Shown here one piece after another: positions 55,415 to 64,000 of a DNA stretch of 64,000 bases; position 1 is the first letter of the stretch, and every line of letters starts with the position of its first letter. A program made the position numbers and the translations under genes. Origin of the DNA: Saccostrea cucullata (lineage: Eukaryota); NCBI RefSeq assembly GCF_032062105.1, contig NW_026925463.1:186001-250000 (forward strand), read 5' to 3'. Under the pieces are notes generated by a model. The model did no database searches, had not been told where the DNA came from, and saw nothing but the letters and a program-made list of their open reading frames with translations.

Positions 55415-58385
55415 CAAGACGGAACATCCCCTAGCAAAGAGCATAATTATCTAGAAATCAAGGCAGTATTCCCCACAATCTGTCTTTCGAACGATAAAAT
55501 AGGTAGTGAATATTCCTTTCCCAACACTAGTACTTGTATCAAAAGTGAAAACCAAGGGGTTTCGGATGAGACTTTGTAAACCGAGGTCCTATGCCAAGAC
55601 TTATGTTAGTATACTACAGAACCCTCTCTGCTCAGTGACCCTAAGTGCCAAGTGTAGAACTAAATTTGAGGCCATTTATCGAAATTATTTAACTCATTTT
55701 ACCAAGTAATAGTATTACTTCTCAGAAAAAATACATAAACGTGATGACTAACTTTTCAATCGTCAACGTCCCTTACATGATATGCAGCAAAACCTTTATC
55801 AACAGCTCTCAGTTGATTCGATACGAAAGAGCATGCTCTACGTATAAACAATTTCTAAAACGAGTTACTTGTATATTACATGTTTTAAAAACAAGTTAAT
55901 GAAAAAGAGTATCTGCAGTCTCATGTAAAGTCTCCATTTTGTAAGTTTTATGGTCTACACATTGACCTTTTCAGCAAAGACATTTTATCATTGTAAGTCG
56001 ATTGCTGACTGACGTTTTTCATACTACCGTAATTGTTAAACCATAATTTACAAAATGAACTGTCGACGGATTTTTCCAGTATTTCCTGACCATGACGAAG
56101 AGAAAACGACAGGTGTGACTGGTTGGCAGGGAATGCTTACTCCTCCATGGCACCTGATTCCACCTTTGATTTTTTGGACGTCCGTGTTTGCTCTACTCTA
56201 ATTTTGTATTGTTTAATAATTTTTTGATCTCGAATACTAGTAGTTCGTTATCTTCATATAGTTCATACAGATTGAGATAAGACCAAAGTTTTGGCATGCA
56301 TATCGAGTTCTAAAGTACGAAGGATATCGATATCGATCAATGTTTTTTTTTAATGGAGGTACCCAGAGCAAGCATAGTATGTATTTTTCTCTTTTTTCCC
56401 TGATAACTGTTCCATAAATATATAGAATCAGAGAAAATTCAATCTAAATGTTGTTATCATTTAGTAGTAGTTATCATTTTATTGAATCATGTACGTATTA
56501 ATTAGATACAGGAGATAAATCAAATTTTAACTGGTTCTAGATATCTTTTTGTTTATGATTTTATATGCTTCGGTTTGCAGAAACAGCGCTTGTACTTATT
56601 TTGTACAAATTTTTGCTTTGTTTACATGTACATGTATAAACATAGTGTTGAGGAAAAGATTTGACATGATGAATTAAATACCGTGTGTTCACATGCTCTC
56701 TGTTTGTGTTAACATTTAGCTATTTGTTTACAGATCATAAGAAAGTTACGTAATCTTATCTTTTGATTTTTAAAGACCATATGCTACCAAAGCTGAAATT
56801 TTATATTTGAGAGCCATTCTCTGTAATGACTTGAAATTTTATATAGGAGCTGTGGCACGCATAATCTCAAAATTTCTCCAAACTCTATATGATAAAAGTC
56901 TTTGATACCCTTAACTGAAATTAGGCAAAAATTGTTTGCTATGTGTTACAGTTACCATGGCAACATGTCTTAACGTTTAAAAAATTGCATTTTAAACATG
57001 TTTAGAGTCCCATAGTTAGCATTTGCGGCAAGCAAACAATTGGCAATGACTTTTTCAAAAAGTTGAAGGGCTGATATCTTACATACACGATAAACATGTT
57101 TGGTAAACCAACTTTTATATACGTTACTATGGGATCAAAGTATTTATAAGTAAAAAAAAAATCATTCATTGAATTTTATAAAGTCATACACGTAAAAATA
57201 GAAATTTTAAAAAAAAACCAAACAAACAAAAGCAAAATGTGTTTGTAAAATACTGATGCCCCCGTATGGCAAAATAGTGAATATTAAACAATTAAATAAG
57301 TTGGTACCCAAAGTAAAGTCTATCGCAAGAAATACAATTGTGAAATATGAATGCCCTTGCACCACCTGTTCAAAAGTTATTGCCAAAGTTAAAGTTTTTA
57401 AAAAGTGGGTCATACTCCCATGTCAAGGTCAAAGGGTCAAAGTTGTTCGTATCCAATGAAACTTCTTGTCACAAGGATTAAATATGTGAAGTATGAAAGC
57501 TCTAGCCCTAACCCTTAAAAAATTATGGTCAATATTTGTTTTTATAAAGTACATAATATATACAAAGATTGCCATGGTTTAAATTCCACATGGAGCCTTG
57601 AAAGTTACACTCTGTATTTGTCTCCTGCTGTACAGAAACAATGAGGGCATAAATTAATCTCAAATTTAGTCATTTGTTCATTTCAGTGCTTGCATAATAT
57701 TGGTAGTTCGGCAAAATAAAAGCGATATAGAGTGGGAAAAAATATATCATAAATGATAAATATGAAACAGAAATATCGGAGGTGAAATCAATATATAGTA
57801 TACTAGAAATAATTATTTATCAATGCATATTTAATGTTCAATATTCAATGTTGAATTATTGAAAGTTGTGAAGTAAGTTTGAATGACAAACCCAGGATGG
57901 TGCAGTAGATTAAGAATTATTTTCAATTAAAGGGTTAATGTATCTTAGCCCTGCTGTTTAACCTTTGAAATCTCTCTAGAATCATGCCAGACGATTGAAC
58001 AAATAAGAAGAAGATGACAAGAATGGACAAATATTACCAGATAGTTGCTGAAATTTCGTGTTGCACGGTTGGGAGGGAATTTGAATACAACCGATTTTCC
58101 CAGTCTTTTGATTAGTCAAAAATGAGATAAAGTAGAGAAATAATATACTCAACATGAACTGGTCCCTTCTGACAAAGGGGGTAACAACTTAAGTCTTTTT
58201 TTGTGTGGTTAATATTAACAACTATAGGAACTACGACTTGAAAATTCAATTGTCAATCTTACTTATGCTCATAATAAATACCTTTTCTAAGGAGGACAAT
58301 CTTAAAAAGCAATATACATGTACTGTAAGTATTATGTAAATCAAATTGAACAGCTAACATTTCATTTTATTAATCAATATTTTGA

Positions 58386-61300
58386 ATGATCTGTAATTTA
58401 TCATGGCAGTGTAAGACGTTGCAAATAGGATTATGGTGGATAGTTTGTTATTGTTCAATGGTAAGAATTTGCCTCATACTATCTGATAAACTTGTGAAAT
58501 TATGGATGTGTAGATGTACCTGTATTTTATGCATATATTCTCAATTTCTTGTTTTAGAGTTTAATTGCAGCCATATATTGTCCAGCATCTATTAACACAG
58601 TAGTAAATGTAATAAGATGTCCGAGAACAAGTTTGGAATGGAAGTCTGCATCAGTTAATAAAAGCTGTACAAGCGAGATACAAAGTTGTGTAGGCCAAAC
58701 AGACTTTGTATACCATTGTGTCATAAATACATACCTCAACGCCACAGTCGAGGTTTGTGCACCCTCTACAAACATCTTAGGTAAGTTTTTTGTGTAATAT
58801 TTTGTTTGTTTTTGATTGTTTGTTTGTTTGGTCTTTGTATAAGTTGTTTTACACCATTACATGTATTATCATTAGGAAATACTTGTGCTGAGTTCAACAT
58901 GGAAGGAGCCAGGATACAGGGACATGTTGACACAGTATGTACGTCCTGTCCTTTCAGATATCCATCAACAGATGCATACAAATGTACGTAAAAGAATCTG
59001 GGATTATTTTTATGTTCTTTGTTTAAAATATTTTACCGCAATAATTCAGTAAAAATTAAGATAGCTATACTCCGACCCATTTTATTTTTTTTTTAATTTA
59101 AGTGAATTATTTGTACCCTACCTAGATTCCTACCTTCTAAGGTTATAGTGTCGAAAGAGTCCAGCAAATGCTCTACCAAGAAACATTGTTTTTTAATTAA
59201 AAATTTTCATTTTTGTAAAAGAAGAGCTTCAAATTTTTGTGCTTCAATATATATGAGAAGTGGTGAAAGACTTAGAAAACACAAACAAATTATCAAATGT
59301 CATTTACATAAATCACATGACTTGTCTGTATTGAATGCAATCATTCCTTAAAATAAAATAAAAAGTTGTCTTTTTATGATGTCATAGATAACTGTTTCTT
59401 TAATAAAATGGAACTTATCAAATGGCATGATTTTAACTTCAAACAAGTCGTGGTTAGAGCTTCTGCTCGAGAGTCGCGAAGTAATGAGTTGATCTTACGT
59501 CGCGGGTTCGAATCACACTGTGGGACATGGAGACCGGTCCCCCGGATGAGACCGTATAATCCGAGGTCCCGTGTCGCAGTAGATGCTGGCATGAAAAAGA
59601 TCTCTCACTGCTTCAAATGGCCCTAAGTGCCGAGTATAGGTCAAAATTTGTAGCTCTCCACCGGAATATGGTGGGGTCTCCATATGTACGAAAATTTATC
59701 GAGAGTGACGTTAAACAACACACAATCAAACTTACTTTAAAGAAAAGGCACTCTGCTTCTACACAGAAGTACTCTGAAGTTGATATTAAAGGCTTAATGG
59801 AGTTTCTCATTGACATCCTCTTTGTAATCGGTTTTCTCGAGGATACATTCTGATGGGATTCCGATGATGGGATGACAAACAGTGCTCTAATATTCGCAGA
59901 CCTTAATTCATGCAAAGCAGAATTTAATGAACAAAAATTGATGAAGAAAACACTTTCTACTTTGCCTTTTATCAATATATATTTTTGTTTTACTGGCTAC
60001 AGACAATAAGGACCAATTAACAGCTAATTTGTATGACAAACTAAGTGAATACCGATACCCAATTGTCAACTCTCATTACTTATGTTGTAATATTCTTTTG
60101 ATGCTGTAATATTCAATTGCATATTTTTCTTTGAATTGATGTATTTTGATATAATGTATATTAAAACTCAAATGTCACATGTCTATCATTAATACTAGTA
60201 TACACACAAAAGAGTTATAATTGTTTTTCACAAAATAGATTTATAAAAATTAAAAGAAAAATATAAAATAAAATAAAGAATAATTTTCAAGGAGATTTTA
60301 ACTCTCTTTTTTTATTTTCTTTAGTCCAGAGCTGCTACAATTTAATCAAGAGAGTCCAACTTCCAACAACTGCGGAGAAAATACTTTCAACTTTACCATC
60401 CTTACAAAATACAACATTACCATCCTTACAAAATACAACTTTACCATCCTTACAAAATACAACCTTCACAATGAGTCCTGTGTAATGTATTAATAAACTA
60501 AATTTTTCTAAAACTGCATATCTCAGTTCAGAAATATCTATGGCAAGCGCTTTTGCTATTTATTTGGAAAATAAAATTTATCTTAAAATTACAGAGTTAT
60601 CTTTCATTTAAGAGAGATATCTCTTAAAAATAGAGATATCTTCCAAATTAAAGAGATATCTCACTTTTAAGAGATATCTCTTTAAGAAAGAGATATCTCT
60701 TGAACTGAGAGATATCTCTTTTTATTAGAGATATATCTCTTTGACTTGAACTATATTCCTATCTCCTTGAGAGATATCTCTTTCGTGAAAAAGATATCTC
60801 TAAACGTTAAAGAGATATCTCTTTCACCTAGAGAGATATCTCTTTAACTTTTGGAGATATCTTTTCGGGTTAAAGAGATATCTCTTAAAGTAAAAGAGAT
60901 ATTTCTCTTAGTGTATCTTATGAGATATCTCTTAAAGTAATAGAGATATCTTTCAAGAGTGTCTAAAAGAGATATCTCTCAAGCAAAAAGAGATATCTCT
61001 TTATTGCAAAAAGATATCTCTTTTCATTATTTTTATTTAAATTCCATTTAAAATGACTTCTCCCTTTACCGGAAGTAAGCTTTTTATTGACGGATTTACA
61101 TTATAAAAGTATTTTTAGATTCGATATATTCATGATATTCTACATTGTACTTTACTAAAAATCACAAGTAATTCAATTTTGTCTAGATTTCAGATTAGAA
61201 ATTGTTGATTAATTCATAAGCTGAGAAAATTCGGTCCATTGCATTTGAGATTATTTATATTATGCTTATTTTCGTTTTCCTGAATATTAAACTTTTAGCA

Positions 61301-63379
61301 TTTTTATCAAGGAAGTTGCCATTATCATTAATTGTTTCAAATAAGGGATTTATAGCATATTCTTGTCTACACTGTGTCACAGTACATATATTATTCTGGG
61401 TAATTGCTTGCTCAGCCTTTTTCTTATAACATCGAACCTATTAAATAAAGACTTTATTTCCTGTTTCGCTTTCGTTTTAAAGTGGAGAATTAATTATTCT
61501 ATTTTAAGGATAACTGGAAAAGAGATATCTCTTTCATTAAAAAAGATATCTCTTAAGCTTTATATCTTTTTTGAAAATCTAACGAGATATCTCTAACTTA
61601 GAAAGATATCTCTTTTTACCTTGTTAAAGAGATATCTCTATAATTTTAAGAGATATCTCTCTAGCTTATAAAATTATCTCTCTAAGTAAATAAGATATCT
61701 CTCTTACATAAAGAGATCTCTTTTGTTTAAAAGAGATATCTCTCTAAGGTATAAAGATATCTATTTTAGTCAAAGAGATATCTCTATAAGCTAAAGAGAT
61801 ATCTCTCTATGCTAGAGAGATATCTATCTATGCTAGAGAGATATCTCTCTTATTGAAAGATTTTTTTTCACGAATAAAGAGTAAAAGGGCTTGCCATAAA
61901 TATCTATAAAAGTAATGCAAAGATGCACGTTTTCTCGTTTCAGTAAATCGAAGGATAACATTGTTTTTATAACGATCATAGTCGTTGGCATAGTGGTTGT
62001 CATTCCTGCAGTGATTTGTGTTGTGTGTTATTTTGGAAGAAAGAAATGTCAAAGAACCCTTAGAGGTAGGTACTGTGAAATGATTCGTTAGGCCTAAAAA
62101 TTGATATTATCTTCTTTCATTCATTTTATATTTAAGTAAAAAACATTTTAAAAAAGTACATTTGTTATACAAAAGGTTGAAGGATTATAGACAGATTTCA
62201 TTTTTTTTTTTTTTGAATACATGTATTATGATATGAAAAACAGTTTCTAAAGCAGTAAATCAATTACTAGTATCCTGAAGACTCTTTTACAAACCCTTAA
62301 TACTGTGTAGGTACTGTGAAATTATAAGTTTTGATTAAAAATTTATATCTTCTTTCATTCAAATAAAATAATATCAATAATTTTTTATTTCAGTAGAAAG
62401 CATTTTTTTAAATTATATTTGTCATACAAAAGGTTGAATGATAATAGACAATTTTCCTTTTTTTTAAATATTTCTTAATTTAATAATTCTTAATTTAATA
62501 ATTTTTTAAAGATGGATTATGATACGGAAAACAGTTTCTATAGCAGTAAATCAATTACAGTATCCCGAACCCTTAACATGCTTAATACTATGTACCTTGT
62601 CTGTGTGGATTCGTTAGGCATCTCTAAGATCGTTTTCTAAGCGTTTAAGACGGTTTGAATATTTTAAGTCTTTGTTTGATCTTTGAATTTATTCGAAATT
62701 CATTTCTAGATCAAGAAGGCAGGTCAAGTGCATTAAGTCCATTAAAATCTGAGGAAAAAATTACCGGTAAGAAAAAATTCAAAATTCTCATTGAATATTA
62801 AAAGGGTGTACTGTAATAAATTCAAAAGATGTATATCTTACAGGAAAAAACTAATTTACTAAGCAACATAACGACAATTCCTCGGAATATACTAGTATAT
62901 TAAAAAAATTAAGTATTTGCTTCAAATACTCTCTATATGAAGATGTTATAATAATCATGATAATACTAATCATTGAATTTGCCTAGCTTATACAAATGAT
63001 ATTCTTTTAATGAGCCATTGTTTGTTTTAAATTATTTTAAATAAAACTGTAAGCATCAAAAGTAAGGTTTATCAATTTTTTCCTCCGTTTCGATTAAAAA
63101 TGCACTGGGGAAGAAGACACAAACAGAAAGTTTACGGTTGCTCTTGAGATAGGACAACACTTTTCTGGATACGGTTATTCTTCGAAACATGATAAAACAC
63201 CAAGAATTCCAGTAGATAGTTCAGGCAAGGCAAAGAAAATCCCGTCTGCGGTCTGGTATAGCAAGACAAAGGAAAAAATAAAGATAGGATATGATGCCCT
63301 AGATGAATACATTAATTGTGATGGAAATCCTCCAGAAGACATATATTACTCTGGTGATCTGGTTATTGATTACAATCAG
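58386..63379 (+). CDS. Single-pass Cys-rich membrane receptor, copy 2, with putative cytoplasmic HSPA12/HSP70-like exon (continues beyond window)
   Basis: Exons: 58386-58460 (signal), 58558-58780, 58876-58983, 60325-60481 (stalk), 61944-62065 (TM IVFITIIVVGIVVVIPAVICVVCYFGRKK), 62710-62766, and ~63101-63379 (FTVALEIGQHFSGYGYS...KIPSAVWY...IGYDALDEY, ending CAG|GTGAG). The first six exons splice in phase. The acceptor of the last exon is uncertain. Confidence 0.7.
59447..59731 (+). mobile_element. Full-length tRNA-derived Deu-type SINE
   Basis: A box TGGTTAGAG, B box GGTTCGAATC, central GGATGAGACC...GAGGTCCCGTGTC and tail GACGTTAAACAACACACAATCAAAC. Truncated copies occur in each PAN-gene intron (~25340-25560, 29700-29920, 50580-50825) and at ~31500 and ~55550. 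Confidence 0.8.
60390..60463 (+). repeat. Coding 24-bp tandem repeat x3 (TLPSLQNT) in receptor stalk
   Basis: TTACCATCCTTACAAAATACAAC is repeated three times here; the paralogous exon at 48577-48685 has a single unit. Confidence 0.85.
60539..61898. mobile_element. Foldback-like DNA transposon, TATGGCAAG termini, 6-bp TSD AATATC, AGAGATATCTCT arrays
   Basis: TATGGCAAGC...GCTTGCCATA with AATATC on both flanks and dozens of palindromic AGAGATATCTCT motifs at both ends. Confidence 0.85.
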
Positions 63380-63639
63380 GTGAGCTAAAGTTGACCATTA
63401 CGATTTTACCCAGTCGTCTGATATACTTTTTTCTTTAAAATACAAAATTCAAAGTACTTCATCCAGAAATAAATGGGGAAATAAAATACGAGAGATAGAT
63501 TTAAGATTCAACTAGCAAAAAACATATGTGCACATATGATTGAAAAAAAAGAAATTTAAAGGGATTGATGAATTACTATGCACACATCGGGACAGTTCTA
63601 GAAATTTAAGGACTTGAGAATTTCATTAAAATAGTGTTA

Positions 63640-64000
63640 TTGTATTTACCTGTACTTGCATACGGAGTTTATATCTCTCAGTTGATTCGATATACGCAAG
63701 AATATGCTGTACGTATGTATAATATCTAAAACGAGATAAATTATTGACAAACAAGTTGATGAAACAAGAGTATCAGCAGTCTCGTTTAAGTCATCATTTT
63801 GTAAGTTCTTTGGTCGATACAATGCCCTTGTCAATAAATACAATTTATCACTGAGTCTAATGCTGACAGTTTTCATACTAATTGTTAGTCCATTATTTAC
63901 ACATTGAATTGACGACGGATTTTTCTGTTATTTCCCGATCATGACAAGGACCACACGGCGGTTGTGACCGGTCAACAGGGGATGCCCACTCCTCCGTGGC
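63640..64000 (+). mobile_element. Penelope-like retroelement 3' relic
   Basis: GVYISQLIR-like coding remnant followed by the GGTCAACAGGGGATGC.TACTCCTCC motif. Related relics lie at ~420-500(-), ~21400(-), 22000-22750(-), 32900-33200, 55790-56250 and 59760-59970. Confidence 0.6.

Noticed and set aside
59447-59530. tRNA gene
   Set aside because: A and B boxes are present, but there is no cloverleaf and the sequence continues into a SINE body and tail.

Overview
AT-rich, intron-containing eukaryotic DNA, most likely a bivalve (oyster-like). That assignment is inferred from the Helentron/HINE arrays, Deu-domain SINEs, Penelope-like relics and the Cys-rich receptor family. The left 18 kb holds three conserved genes. 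TGS1 (10 coding exons, + strand) has an AT-AC minor-spliceosome intron and a highly structured stretch in intron 1. An aveugle/SAMD10-12-like SAM adaptor (5 exons, - strand) has a Tc1 element nested in a MITE in intron 1. The third is an intronless divergent profilin. The region from ~22 kb to the end is a tandemly duplicated accessory cluster. It has three copies of a small secreted PAN/Apple-like gene (- strand; one intact, two disrupted), two of them head-to-head with copies of a Cys-rich single-pass membrane protein gene (+ strand). The second receptor copy runs signal peptide, Cys-rich ectodomain, glycosylated stalk and TM, then apparently continues into an exon resembling a degenerate HSPA12/HSP70 nucleotide-binding domain. 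The first receptor copy is truncated and carries a Ngaro-type tyrosine-recombinase retrotransposon (A1-ORFs-B1-A2-B2) in intron 1 and a 9-kb TE nest in intron 3. All exon boundaries were read by eye and no database searches were run.
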